A stretch of DNA of 64,000 bases from assembly GCA_033549025.1 (NCBI GenBank), contig JAWSUS010000004.1:1-64000 (forward strand). Direction: 5' to 3'. Of this stretch, positions 44,537 to 54,473 are shown piece after piece. The notes under the pieces are model-generated. The model was not told the DNA's origin. It did not search any database and saw only the letters and a list, made by a program, of their open reading frames with translations. Each line of letters starts with the position of its first letter. The first letter of the stretch is position 1. Position numbers and translations under genes: made by a program. The DNA comes from Desulfuromonadales bacterium (GTDB lineage: Bacteria; Desulfobacterota; Desulfuromonadia; Desulfuromonadales; SZUA-540).

Positions 44537-46381
44537 TCAATCCTCCTTCTCCGCGTCCGTGAGGTTTTCAACAATGCAGAAACCGGCATCGTGGATGCCT
44601 TTATCCTTCGCAATATACATGCCTTCCAGGATTTTGTTAAAGTTTTTTGCCACCACCTTCCGCTTTATCTTGAGCGTAGGGGTGATTTCATCCTCTTCTT
44701 TGCTGAAATCCCGGGAGAGGAGGGTGAAGCGTTTGACCCGCTGAAAAGAGGCCAGATTCTCCTGCAGCCGATCGATGCGTCGGCGGATGAGGTTAAGGAC
44801 CTTCGGATGGTTGACCAAGTCGCAGGGGGTCAGAAAGTCGATATTCTTGTAGCGGGCGTATTTCTCCAGATTTTCGAAATTGGGCACCAGCAGGGCGGTG
44901 AGGTAGGGCTTGCGGTCTCCGTAAACCATGGCATTGGAGAGGTATTTGTCCGTCTTGAACAGGCCTTCGAGCATCTGGGGGGCGACATTCTCGCCGCCGG
45001 CCGTCACCAGCAGGTCCTTCTTGCGGTCGGTGATGGCAAGAAAGCCGTCCGCATCGAGTTGGCCGATATCGCCGGTTTTGAACCAACCGTCGGTGAAAGC
45101 CTCCCGGGTCTCCTCGGACAGATTCCAGTAGCCGGAGAAGACGTTGGGGCCGCGTACCAGGATCTCGTCGTCTTCTCCCAGGCGGACCTCGACGTTGTCC
45201 AGGGGGCGTCCCACGGTGCCGAGGCGCAGAGCGTCTGGGTAGTTGCAGGCGATGACGGGAGAGGTCTCCGTCAGGCCGTATCCCTCATAAATAGGGATGC
45301 CGGCGGCCAGGAAGAATTCGGCCACGTTTTCCGTCAGGGGTGCGCCGCCGGAAACAAAAAAGCGCAGTCGCCCCCCCAGGTGTTTCTTGATAGGGGCGAA
45401 CACCACTTTGCGGGCGAGGGCGACGCCGCCGCGCAGCAGGGCGGAAGGGCTTTCGCCGGCCTGCTGCTGACGGACCAGTTTGCGGCCGGAATTCAGGGCG
45501 CTGAAAAACATCTGTTTTTTAAGCCAGGGGCCGGAGACGACGCGGTCCATGACCCGGGCAAACATCTTCTCATACAGGCGGGGGACGCTGATGGCCACGG
45601 TGGGCGCCACCTCCACCAGGTTGGCCGGTACGGAGTCGATCCCTTCGGCGTAGGCGATGACGGCTCCCTGGTAGAGCATGAAATAGTAGCCCGCCATCCG
45701 TTCGAAGACATGGGAGAGGGGGAGAAAGGACAGGCACATGTCCTTGTCACTGATGTCGAAACGCTTGCAGCATTCCTCGATATTGGCGAGAAAGTTGTTG
45801 TGCGTCAGCAGCACGCCCTTGGGTGGGCCGGTGGTGCCCGAGGTGTAGACGATGGTGGCCACCTCGTCGGGTTTTCCTTCCTCCAACCGTTCGTTTAGCT
45901 GACTCTCTGGCACTTTTTCCGCCTCCTGGAGAAAAGAGGCCAGCGAGGTGAAGCGGGGGTGGTCCAGTTCGTCGTCGATGAGGATGATCTTTTCAAGGTG
46001 AGGCACCTCGTCGAGTTTTTCCGCCAGCTCCTCGGCGATATAGAGAGAGTAAAGAAAGAGAACGCGGCTGGAGGAATTCTGCAGGATATAGAGGACGGTG
46101 TCGATTCCCTCCGTATGGTAGACGGGTACGGAAAGGGCGCCGCACGCCATGGCGCCCAGATCGGCGTAGACCCATTCGGGGCAGTTGGGGGCCATGATGG
46201 CCACCCGGTCTTCAGGCTGGACGCCCAGGTTGATGAGGCCGCGGCCGCACAGGCGGGTCTGGCGCGCCAGGGTTTTCCACGAAATCCCCACGTACTGTCC
46301 GTCTTCCTTGCGGCGGAGCGCTTCCTGGTCGCCGCGGCGGGCCGCTTTATCCAGCAGAATCTGGGGCAGTGTTTTGGTCAT
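44537..46381 (-). CDS. fadD: Long-chain fatty acid--CoA ligase
   Basis: YTSGTTGPPKG, LPLSHVFE, YEGYGLTE and FKTGDIG. Confidence 0.88.
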   Translation of the reverse strand: MTKTLPQILLDKAARRGDQEALRRKEDGQYVGISWKTLARQTRLCGRGLINLGVQPEDRVAIMAPNCPEWVYADLGAMACGALSVPVYHTEGIDTVLYILQNSSSRVLFLYSLYIAEELAEKLDEVPHLEKIILIDDELDHPRFTSLASFLQEAEKVPESQLNERLEEGKPDEVATIVYTSGTTGPPKGVLLTHNNFLANIEECCKRFDISDKDMCLSFLPLSHVFERMAGYYFMLYQGAVIAYAEGIDSVPANLVEVAPTVAISVPRLYEKMFARVMDRVVSGPWLKKQMFFSALNSGRKLVRQQQAGESPSALLRGGVALARKVVFAPIKKHLGGRLRFFVSGGAPLTENVAEFFLAAGIPIYEGYGLTETSPVIACNYPDALRLGTVGRPLDNVEVRLGEDDEILVRGPNVFSGYWNLSEETREAFTDGWFKTGDIGQLDADGFLAITDRKKDLLVTAGGENVAPQMLEGLFKTDKYLSNAMVYGDRKPYLTALLVPNFENLEKYARYKNIDFLTPCDLVNHPKVLNLIRRRIDRLQENLASFQRVKRFTLLSRDFSKEEDEITPTLKIKRKVVAKNFNKILEGMYIAKDKGIHDAGFCIVENLTDAEKED

Positions 46382-46491
46382 GGGATACCTCCTGTCGCCT
46401 GGGGTGGGGGTGTTGCCTTGCGGGGAAGCGTTGGAATTGACAACGCCCCGGGATTGTGAAAGTTTATATCGCCAGAACCGGAAAGGACAAG

Positions 46492-47127
46492 ATGATGGTT
46501 GTCGGAGTGACGGGCGGAATCGCCACGGGAAAAAGCGCTGTCGTCGAGCAGTTTCGCCAACTGGGGGCAGCGGTCATCAGCGCGGACGAGCTGGCGCGGG
46601 AAATCGTGCGGCCGGGGGAGGAAGCCCTGGTGCGTCTGGTGGCGCGATTTGGTCAGGACATTTTGCAGGCGGACGGAACCCTGGATCGCAAGGCCTTGGC
46701 AGAGATCATCTTTGCCGACCCGGCGGCGCGCCAGGATTTGAATCGGATCACCCATCCGGCCATTGCCCGGCTGGCGGCGGACCGCATCGCCTCTCTGCAG
46801 CGTCAGGGGGAGACGCTGGTGATCTACGAGGCCCCGCTGCTTTTCGAGGCGGGTGCCGAAAGCCGCGTGGACCGCATCGTCGTGGTGACGGCCCCTGCCG
46901 CGGTGCAGCGCCGCCGTCTGATGGCCAGGGACGGTCTGGATGACCAGGCGGCACAAGCCCGGATCGCGGCGCAGATGCCCCTGGCGGACAAGGTGCGCAG
47001 GGCTGATTTCGTCGTGGAGAACGCTGGCTCCATCGACGACCTGGCCGCCCAGGTCAGGGAGCTCTATGGCCGTCTGCTGAGACTGGCGCGGAATCTTCCT
47101 GACGCCCCGCCAGAAACTGCAGGCTGA
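46492..47127 (+). CDS. coaE: Dephospho-CoA kinase
   Basis: GVTGGIATGKS, LDRKAL, ITHP, PLLFE and RIAAQMP. Confidence 0.95.
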   Translation: MMVVGVTGGIATGKSAVVEQFRQLGAAVISADELAREIVRPGEEALVRLVARFGQDILQADGTLDRKALAEIIFADPAARQDLNRITHPAIARLAADRIASLQRQGETLVIYEAPLLFEAGAESRVDRIVVVTAPAAVQRRRLMARDGLDDQAAQARIAAQMPLADKVRRADFVVENAGSIDDLAAQVRELYGRLLRLARNLPDAPPETAG

Positions 47128-47866
47128 GGGCCAGGACCGACCGCCATCTCGGGTTCTCTTCCGTACACAGTACATGGGGAACCTCCGGTCCGTACAGGTG
47201 ATACTCTTTGTGACGGCTGCCCAGGAACGTAAAGAGGGCCTGCCCGCTCTCAACCCGGATGGTCTGGTCACCGCTGCCGTTGATCGCCAGGGCCGGGGTG
47301 GAAATCTTCCCGAGCCGGGGGCGCAGGTGGCGGATCAGGCGGTGAATCTGGTGAACGCCATTGAGGGGGCGGCTCTCGTAATAGCGCAAGGCCGCCTCGG
47401 GTGGGAGAGGCCGGTGGTGGTAGGGCTTGATATGCCGGAGCCACCAGGCGCTCCTGGCGAGGCGGTGACGGAGCCGCAGATAGGGGGAGAGCAGGACCAT
47501 CCCTGCTATCTCCACCCGAGCGGCCAGGGCCAGTACCAGCAGGGCCCCGGTGCTCAGCCCCATCCCGAAAATCGTGGTCTCTTCCTTCTTCAATTCCCGG
47601 TAGCCCTCTTCGACAGCTTCCAGCCAGTCCTCGTAGCGTTTGGTCGCCAGGTCCTGAGGTGAGGTGCCATGGCCCGGCAGCAGGATCGCCAACACGGTAT
47701 AGCCCTGGTCGCAGAGAGCCTGGCCGAACAGCCTCATTTCCTGCGGGGTGGCGGAAAACCCATGCACCAGAAGCACGCCGGCCCCTCTTGGCGTAGAGGG
47801 CCGCAGCAAAAAGGGGGCCGCATCATCATGGGGCTTCGAATTCCGCCGTGTTGGTCCTGTAGGCAT
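47054..47866 (-). CDS. Alpha/beta-hydrolase carboxylesterase
   Basis: LLVHGF, LPGHGT, GLSTG nucleophile elbow, GDQTI and PH. Confidence 0.85.
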   Translation of the reverse strand: MPTGPTRRNSKPHDDAAPFLLRPSTPRGAGVLLVHGFSATPQEMRLFGQALCDQGYTVLAILLPGHGTSPQDLATKRYEDWLEAVEEGYRELKKEETTIFGMGLSTGALLVLALAARVEIAGMVLLSPYLRLRHRLARSAWWLRHIKPYHHRPLPPEAALRYYESRPLNGVHQIHRLIRHLRPRLGKISTPALAINGSGDQTIRVESGQALFTFLGSRHKEYHLYGPEVPHVLCTEENPRWRSVLALSLQFLAGRQEDSAPVSADGHRAP

Positions 47867-47959
47867 GAAACCCGCCTTTCTCATTGAAATCAAAGGGGAA
47901 AAGCCTCTAATGAAGTGTAGCAGCCGTCCGTTTTCTGTCAATCCAGTGGCCAGAAACAC

Positions 47960-47985
47960 AAAATCCCCCTGAAAAGGGGGATTTT
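47960..47985 (-). terminator. Intrinsic terminator after iclR
   Basis: AAAATCCCCCT-GAAA-AGGGGGATTTT hairpin. Confidence 0.75.
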
Positions 47986-48007
47986 GAAGATTCGCAGAAG
48001 CAGGCGC

Positions 48008-48790
48008 CTACTTGTGAAAGCCGAGGCGGGTGGAGAGGTCTTCGCCGGCCTTGAGGACCAGGGGGACCAGCTCCTTCTCGATCCGTTCATCGGGAAAGCG
48101 CATGGATGGTCCTGAGATGCTGACGGCCCCGACGATCCGACGGGTATAGTCACGAATGGGGGCAGCCAGGCAGCGCACGCCGGGATCAAGTTCCTCGTTG
48201 TCGATGGCATAGCCCTGCTCGGCAATCTTTTTCAGGTCCTTTTTGAGCACCTCGCGATCCGTGTAGGTCGTCGGGGTATAGCCCTTGAGTTCGCTGTTGG
48301 GGAGAATGCTGTCGATCTCCTCGTCGGACATGTAGGCCAGGTGAACTTTGCCGGAGGCCGTGCAGTGTGCCGGCAGACGGCTGCCGACCCGGGACACTAC
48401 CCTGACGGTGAGATTCGTTTCAACGACGTCCAGGTAGACGATGTACCCTTCCTTAAAAATGGCGACATAGGCCGTTTCGTTGCAGTCGTTGACGATGTCT
48501 TCCAGGATCGGTTTGGCCTGGCGCAGCAGACCCATCTGCTTGATGAAAGTCTGCCCAAGTTCCAGGGCGTTGAGTCCGAGGCGGTAGTTTTCCGTCGCTT
48601 TGTTCTGCTCGATGTATCCACGGGACTCGAGAGTCGCCAGCAGGCGGAAGACATTGTTTTTGTGAAGCTTCAGCCTCTTGCTGAGTTCGGTGACACCCAG
48701 TTCGTCCACATCCCCGTGGAACTGTTCCAGCAGGTCAAGAGCGTGGGAAACAGCCTGGATTATATATTCTGACTTCTCTTTCTTGGCCAT
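48008..48790 (-). CDS. IclR-family transcriptional regulator
   Basis: HTH GVTELSKRLKLHKNNVFRLLATL; RLPAHCTASGK, GYAIDNEE and AVSISGP. Confidence 0.94.
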   Translation of the reverse strand: MAKKEKSEYIIQAVSHALDLLEQFHGDVDELGVTELSKRLKLHKNNVFRLLATLESRGYIEQNKATENYRLGLNALELGQTFIKQMGLLRQAKPILEDIVNDCNETAYVAIFKEGYIVYLDVVETNLTVRVVSRVGSRLPAHCTASGKVHLAYMSDEEIDSILPNSELKGYTPTTYTDREVLKKDLKKIAEQGYAIDNEELDPGVRCLAAPIRDYTRRIVGAVSISGPSMRFPDERIEKELVPLVLKAGEDLSTRLGFHK

Positions 48791-48838
48791 GGCGGTTGTG
48801 TCCTCTTTTAATGAAAACTCAAAAAGCAAATTGCGGGG

Positions 48839-48868
48839 ATTCTATCGACCCCGATAAAAAGATGTCAA
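48839..48868 (-). promoter_or_regulatory. Proximal sigma70 promoter of iclR
   Basis: Minus strand TTGACA-18 nt-TAGAAT. Confidence 0.65.
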
Positions 48869-48956
48869 GATAAACCGGAATGATTTTTCCTGAAGAGTCC
48901 GTTTTTTTGGGTCTTGCGAGGAAAAAGGTTCCTTTGCCGGCCAATCGTTGTCGAAA

Positions 48957-48985
48957 ATAATAGAATGTTGTTTTAGTTAAGTCAA
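48957..48985 (-). promoter_or_regulatory. Distal sigma70 promoter of iclR
   Basis: Minus strand TTGACT-17 nt-TATTAT. Confidence 0.55.
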
Positions 48986-49036
48986 TATCCCCTTGTTAAT
49001 TGTCTGCTGTCGAATCAGGGAGGGGTGGCCTTCCTG

Positions 49037-49065
49037 TTGACAGTCGGTAGCCATTCGGCTAGATT
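49037..49065 (+). promoter_or_regulatory. Sigma70 promoter of usp
   Basis: TTGACA-17 nt-TAGATT. Confidence 0.6.
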
Positions 49066-49092
49066 TGACAGGCCCTTGACGCGGAGGTGGCC

Positions 49093-49545
49093 ATGTTGAA
49101 TCTCAGTAAAAAAATACTCGTCGCCATTGATGGCTCACCTCAATCGGACAAGGCGGCCGAAGAGGCGGTACGTCTGGCTATGGCTTCAGGCTCACGATTT
49201 AAGAGCAAAGTATATGCCATTCTGGCGCTTCCCGGCATGCGAAACCCCTCCTTCACCGATTTTTTCCCTTCTTTGCCCGCGACAGAGCGTCCTGACTGGG
49301 AAGAAAAACGCCAACGCATCTTTTACGTGGTGGAAAAAGCGGCGGCCGAGGCGGATATCCCGTTGACGAGTGAGGTCGTTTACGGTGATGCCGCTGAGGA
49401 GATTCTGTCATATGCCGATCAGCAGGAAGTCGATGTCATCGTCATCGGCTCCTCCGGCTCCGGGCGGGTCAAGCGCACCCTGATGGGCAGCGTCTCCACC
49501 AAAGTCGCCATGCACGCCCGCTGCTCCGTCTATATCGTGCGGTAA
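49093..49545 (+). CDS. Universal stress protein (UspA family)
   Basis: KILVAIDGS, GDAAEEI, DVIVIGSSG and MGSVSTKV. GGAGG RBS before ATG 49093. Confidence 0.92.
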   Translation: MLNLSKKILVAIDGSPQSDKAAEEAVRLAMASGSRFKSKVYAILALPGMRNPSFTDFFPSLPATERPDWEEKRQRIFYVVEKAAAEADIPLTSEVVYGDAAEEILSYADQQEVDVIVIGSSGSGRVKRTLMGSVSTKVAMHARCSVYIVR

Positions 49546-49590
49546 AAAGGACGCCGCGACGAATCTTTTTCGGTGCGCCCCAGCTGCTTC

Positions 49591-50481
49591 CTATCCCAGC
49601 CCATCTTGCCAGTCCCTTTTTTCGTCTTCTTTGCTGCCGGCCGGAGAGCTTTCGCGCCGTCGGTCCGCTAGCGGGCAATAGGACCCGTCTGGTGGGTTGA
49701 AGCGCGTCTCCTTGCACAGATAGTCGAAAATTTCAGCCATACTTTCGCGAATAAGGGATTCCTCCTTGGGAAATTCGTGGGGGGAGAGTTCCAGAGTGAG
49801 CGCGTCGTTGTAGGCGGTCTGTCGCAGGTGGTTCAAAAAGCGGGTCAGGGGGAGGACGCCATGGCCGGGAAGAAGATGCTCGCGGCCATAGCCGTAGTCG
49901 GAAAAATGGATATTGCGCATTTTGCCCGAATCGTAGAAGAGATGAAAATCGTGCAGGAAGTTGGCTTTTGACGAGCCCATGTGGGCGGTGTCGAAGGTCA
50001 GGTAGAGGTTTTTCTCCTGCATGAAGCGGATCATTTTCTCCGTCTGCCCGAGAATGTAGGGGTTGGTTTTAAAGGCGCCGGTGCTGGGCATGTTTTCCAT
50101 GGTGATGATCACCTGATGCTGGCCGACCTCTTCCTGAAAATCCTTGACCTTGTTGAGCCAGCGCCAGAATTTGAGTTCGAGTCCCATCCAGGAGGGGGGA
50201 TGAAAGTTGATCAGGGGGATGCCCGCCTCCATGGCGAGGGTAGTGGTGCGGAACAGCTGGTCGATCTTGTTGCCCCAGCCGTCCAGGTCGAAAAAGGGCG
50301 CATGGAGCGAGGCCACCGGCAGAATCTGCTGCAGATCCCGGATGAGGGCCAGGCTGTCCTGGTACTGGAAGTCATAGCTGATGATCACTTCCATGCCGTC
50401 AAAGCCTGTATCCCGGGCGATTTCAAAAACCTTGGGAAGGGGCAGGGTATAGAGGCTGCCCGCTGAAAGTATAAGCTTCAT
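49591..50481 (-). CDS. Sugar-phosphate isomerase/epimerase-like TIM-barrel protein (xylose isomerase/AP endonuclease 2 fold)
   Basis: GFDGME, SLHAPF, MENMP, FDTAH, IHFSD, HLLPGHG and TLE metal-binding pattern. Confidence 0.82.
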   Translation of the reverse strand: MKLILSAGSLYTLPLPKVFEIARDTGFDGMEVIISYDFQYQDSLALIRDLQQILPVASLHAPFFDLDGWGNKIDQLFRTTTLAMEAGIPLINFHPPSWMGLELKFWRWLNKVKDFQEEVGQHQVIITMENMPSTGAFKTNPYILGQTEKMIRFMQEKNLYLTFDTAHMGSSKANFLHDFHLFYDSGKMRNIHFSDYGYGREHLLPGHGVLPLTRFLNHLRQTAYNDALTLELSPHEFPKEESLIRESMAEIFDYLCKETRFNPPDGSYCPLADRRRESSPAGSKEDEKRDWQDGLG

Positions 50482-50544
50482 GGCTGACTCGCAGGATGAT
50501 TAAATTGCCACATGTCTGAAGGCCTCTCTGCAGGCCTTCATGCC

Positions 50545-52068
50545 TCAGGGGGTATGGACCTTCTCCAGAAGGAAACGGCGGATGCGGTCAGGTGGCGGCG
50601 GGGTGAGCAGCGAGACGCCAATCGTCACGAGAATAACCAGCGGAGCCCCGATCAGAGCCGAACCGGTCGGCGGCAGAACAGCGGTCAGCCAGGGCAGCCA
50701 CTGGCCGAAGATCACCGGGGTGAATGTGATGACCAGCCCCAAAAGCATGCCGGCGATGGCCCCCTGTTTGTTGGTGCGATCCCACCAGATACCGAGCAGG
50801 AAGATGGGAAAGAGGGTGTTGCCGGCCAGGGCGAAGGCCACGGCGGTGATTTCGGCAATGAGGCCGGGCGGGTTGGCGGCGACGATCAGAACCAGCATGG
50901 CCAAGACCAGGGTAGTGATCTTGGCGACCATCATGCGTTGGCGTTCGGTGGCCTTGGGGTTGATGAGCTGGTAGTAGATGTCGTAGGAAAAAGCCCCGGC
51001 GCCGGTGATGAGCAGGCCGGTAATGGTGGAAAAGGCGGCGAGGATGGCGGCCAAGGCCACGATGCCGGTGATCCAGACCGGCAGGCCGGCCCACTCGGCC
51101 GCCTTGATGACGATAATGTCGGCGATGGCTTTGGCGGTGGCGGGGTCGGTGACCAAACCATGGCGCAGTTCCCAGAGTTTGGCGAAGGTGGCGTAGGCCG
51201 GCGCGCTCCAGTAGAGCAGACCGATAAAGACCAGCCCCCACATGACGCTCCAGCGGGCGTCGCGGACGTTGGGAACGGTATAGAAGCGGGACAGGACATG
51301 GGGCAGGCCGGCGGTGCCGACCATGAGGGTGAAGCAGAGAGCGATCCACTGATAGGGGGTGCCATGGAGCCAGGGCGCCGTGCCGGCGTTGTCGGCATGA
51401 AAGGCGATCTCCTGCAGGGCCGCTCCGTAACCGACCTGGGGAACCAGCCAGAAAAAACCCATCTTGCGGGCTACCAGCACCAGAGGGAGGATGAAGCAGA
51501 GGATCAGCACCGTGTAGTGAAAGCGCTGGTTGCGCAGGGCGCCGAGGGTGCCGGACAGCACCAGGTAGGAGATGACCACCGCGGTGCCGAAGAGCAGGCT
51601 GGGGGTGTAATCCAGGCCGAAAATCCAGGAGAAGACCAGCCCCACCCCCTTGTACTGGGCCACACAGTAGACCAGGGAGATGAGGATGGCGATGCTGGCC
51701 GAAAGCACCCTCGCAATGGGCGATTCATAGCGGGCTTCGACGAATTCCGGCGCGGTATATTTGCCGAAACGGCGGATCTGGGCGCCCATGAGGATGAGCA
51801 GGAGAACGTAGCCGCCGGTCCAGCCGATAATATAGGCAAAGGCGAAATAGCCCTGCAGGTAGAAGATGCCGGCGATGCCGAGAATGGAGGCGGCGCTCAT
51901 CCAGTTGGAGGCAATGGCGGCCCCGATGCCGACGCGGCCGACGGAGCGGCCGGAGACCAGGTAGTATTCGCCCTTGGCGGTCCGGCTGGCCAGGCCAACG
52001 AAGATGAAGAGGGCCAGAACGGCGAAAAGAAGCAGGGCCGGCGCCAGTTTCAGGTGTTCAGCGAGCAT
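50545..52068 (-). CDS. Sodium:solute symporter (ActP/VC_2705-like)
   Basis: SNWMSAASILG, GWTGGY, RRFGKYT, MVGTAGLPHVLSRFYT; about 13 TM segments. Confidence 0.9.
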   Translation of the reverse strand: MLAEHLKLAPALLLFAVLALFIFVGLASRTAKGEYYLVSGRSVGRVGIGAAIASNWMSAASILGIAGIFYLQGYFAFAYIIGWTGGYVLLLILMGAQIRRFGKYTAPEFVEARYESPIARVLSASIAILISLVYCVAQYKGVGLVFSWIFGLDYTPSLLFGTAVVISYLVLSGTLGALRNQRFHYTVLILCFILPLVLVARKMGFFWLVPQVGYGAALQEIAFHADNAGTAPWLHGTPYQWIALCFTLMVGTAGLPHVLSRFYTVPNVRDARWSVMWGLVFIGLLYWSAPAYATFAKLWELRHGLVTDPATAKAIADIIVIKAAEWAGLPVWITGIVALAAILAAFSTITGLLITGAGAFSYDIYYQLINPKATERQRMMVAKITTLVLAMLVLIVAANPPGLIAEITAVAFALAGNTLFPIFLLGIWWDRTNKQGAIAGMLLGLVITFTPVIFGQWLPWLTAVLPPTGSALIGAPLVILVTIGVSLLTPPPPDRIRRFLLEKVHTP

Positions 52069-52078
52069 GGTGCCTCCT

Positions 52079-52411
52079 TTATTTGCGCTTCCGGTACTCG
52101 TTGGTCAGTTTGTCGACGAAGAGGTTGTAGAGCAGGCAAAGCAGAATGAACCAGAGGATGAGAAACTGGCCGGAAAACCAATAGTGAAAGGGAAAGCCGA
52201 GGAAGCGAGTCGTCGTCAGCTGGCTGCAGCCGGCCGGACCTTCCTGCAGAAGCACGAGAATGAATTGAAAACCGAAGGTAAAAGCGGCCCAGCTGGCCAG
52301 CAGTATCCAAATGTAATGCACCTTCTTGCGCATGAAGCCGGGGAGGGGACGGAAAAAGTTGACCCTGCCCTGGCCGCTGGGGTGTCCTTGTGAACTCGGA
52401 TCCTGTGTCAC
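52079..52411 (-). CDS. Small membrane partner of the SSS transporter (DUF4212/DUF485-like)
   Basis: Two TM helices and FLGFPFHYWFSGQ. GTG start with GAGGA RBS, directly upstream of the symporter. Confidence 0.8.
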   Translation of the reverse strand: MTQDPSSQGHPSGQGRVNFFRPLPGFMRKKVHYIWILLASWAAFTFGFQFILVLLQEGPAGCSQLTTTRFLGFPFHYWFSGQFLILWFILLCLLYNLFVDKLTNEYRKRK

Positions 52412-52460
52412 CCTGTCCTCCTTTATCGGTTGTGGCCCAAAGGCCGACGACAAGCCTGCT

Positions 52461-53696
52461 TTAATATTCCGTGGGGCGCGCTGAGGTTGTGGCGGGCGGA
52501 TCTTCCTCAGATTTCATGACTTCGGCCAAAACGCTGGTCGCATAACTGCCGCGCGGGAGACTGAAGGACAGCCGCAGATCCTGGTCTTCCAAGCCGACCT
52601 GGTATTCCCCGAGGGGGACGCGCAGGGGGCGTCTTTCCCCCTCCATGCCCAGACCTTCCGACAGCCGGAAGTCCTGCAGGGAGAGCTTTTCCTTGGCCAG
52701 CAGGCCTTCCTCCAGGATGCCGGCCTGTCCCCGGGCCAGGGAGACCTTGTACCCGTAGAGAGGGGCGGAGGGGCTGATTTCCAGGCTGTCGGCGCGCGGC
52801 TGTTCTTTGGCGGGGTCTTCCACGATAAAGCAGGCTCCGTTGTCGTGTTTGCAGGCGTAATCCCCGGCCCAGAGCGTGTCGAGGGTGTCGAGGCGCATAT
52901 CGACCAGGCGATCGAAGAGGCTGGACTGATAGGCCGACAGGTAGAGGCGCAGGCGGTTGCGGGGCATCGTGAACACCGCCTCTCTGACGTCGCCCCCCTT
53001 TAGCAATGCGGTCACCAGGTTGCGCTCGTCGCGGAAGCGCCCTGGCAACGCGGCCAGGGTACCGTTAAGGTCGCCCTGCCCAAAGCGTTCCGCTGCCTCG
53101 CGCCAACGTTCCTGGGTGATGCTCTGCGGATCGCCGATGATCAGCCGGCTGGCCAGTTCGTAGTCCTGCCGCAGCAGGGCGCGGCCGATCAGGTGCGAAT
53201 TGCCCAGCACGCCGTAGCGCTGCTGGCCGAAACGGTTGGGCACGCCGACGGTCTTGAGCACGTGCAGGATGTCTTCGGCCTTTTCCAGCGCGCCCGCTTT
53301 GACCGCGCGGATACGGATCGTGAAACGGTTTCCCGCCAGGTGACCCAGACGCAGTTTGTTGCGGTGCCAGGCGCAGGACAACACCCGAATGCCCGGCAGC
53401 TGCAGGCTCTCGACCTGGGCCGGTGTCACCCTCTGCAGAGACAGGCGCTGCCGGGTGGTGGCTCGGGCATCCTTGAGGCCGGCGTAGCCGATATCGCGGC
53501 TGCGAATCTTCAGCGCACCGGCGACCTTCTGGATCAGATCGAAGGTCGTCAGGCCGGTCTTTTCCACCTCGACGTACAGGTGCTCGCCCTCGCCGCAGGG
53601 AAGATAGAGAGGGATCTCCTCGACCAGAAAGTCCTCGGGACTCTCCTTGATCTGTCCTCCTGTTCCCTCCAGGGAGGCGCTGAGATATCTAGCCAT
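52461..53696 (-). CDS. truD: tRNA pseudouridine(13) synthase
   Basis: PEDFLVEE, GYAGLKDARA, GHLAGNRF, PNRFGQQRYG and FSLPRGSYAT. Confidence 0.95.
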   Translation of the reverse strand: MARYLSASLEGTGGQIKESPEDFLVEEIPLYLPCGEGEHLYVEVEKTGLTTFDLIQKVAGALKIRSRDIGYAGLKDARATTRQRLSLQRVTPAQVESLQLPGIRVLSCAWHRNKLRLGHLAGNRFTIRIRAVKAGALEKAEDILHVLKTVGVPNRFGQQRYGVLGNSHLIGRALLRQDYELASRLIIGDPQSITQERWREAAERFGQGDLNGTLAALPGRFRDERNLVTALLKGGDVREAVFTMPRNRLRLYLSAYQSSLFDRLVDMRLDTLDTLWAGDYACKHDNGACFIVEDPAKEQPRADSLEISPSAPLYGYKVSLARGQAGILEEGLLAKEKLSLQDFRLSEGLGMEGERRPLRVPLGEYQVGLEDQDLRLSFSLPRGSYATSVLAEVMKSEEDPPATTSARPTEY

Positions 53697-54387
53697 TCTC
53701 CACCTGCTCCCACTTCAGGCGAAATCCCTGTGAAAGGTGCACCTCCGTGTCGGCTATGGTGCAATCGGGCCGCTTGCGGTAATGCACGAAATAGATGGGA
53801 AGGCCCTGATCGAGGAAGCGGCGCATGTATTTGGAAACGGGATAGCCGGGGCGCGTCGTGCTCAAAGCTTCGGTCTGGCAGTTGGTATAGCCGTCCATGG
53901 CGGCGATGGTGTCGGCGACATCTTCGGCGTAATCCTGAAAGTCGGTGGCAAAGTTCAGCTCTCCGCCGGGGCGAAGATAAAGAAGGGCCATCTGCAGAAA
54001 GGCCGCGTTCAGCAGCCGCCGGGAGCGGTGGCGTTTTTTGGGCCAGGGGTCGGGGCAGTTGATGTAAATGGCCTCCAGGCTCTCTTTGGGGATGAAATTG
54101 GCCAGCAGGTAGCGGGCTTCGGACCGCATGACGCGTACGTTTTTGAGGCCGGCCTGGTCAATTTTTTTACAGGTCTTGTAGCAGCCCTTGTTGTAGATGT
54201 CGATGGCCAGGTAGTTGCGCTCCGGGTGGCGGGCGGCCAGCTGCGTGATAAAATCGCCGATGCCGCAGCCGATTTCCAGACAGAGGGGCTGGTCGTTGTC
54301 AAAAAAAGAAGAGATGTCCTCCCCCGCGGCGAGCATCGGCTCGGTGAGGAAGGATTCGGAGGTGATCTCGATTACGCGCTGCGTCAT
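53689..54387 (-). CDS. trmB: tRNA (guanine-N7)-methyltransferase
   Basis: LEIGCGIG, PDPWPKKRH and FATD. Confidence 0.93.
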   Translation of the reverse strand: MTQRVIEITSESFLTEPMLAAGEDISSFFDNDQPLCLEIGCGIGDFITQLAARHPERNYLAIDIYNKGCYKTCKKIDQAGLKNVRVMRSEARYLLANFIPKESLEAIYINCPDPWPKKRHRSRRLLNAAFLQMALLYLRPGGELNFATDFQDYAEDVADTIAAMDGYTNCQTEALSTTRPGYPVSKYMRRFLDQGLPIYFVHYRKRPDCTIADTEVHLSQGFRLKWEQVENG

Positions 54388-54473
54388 GTGGTGCCTTTCT
54401 GAATGTCCTGTTTTGACGCAGAAAACTAGCACAGGCCGCGGCATTTTTCAATGATGGCGGCCAGACCTGACGG

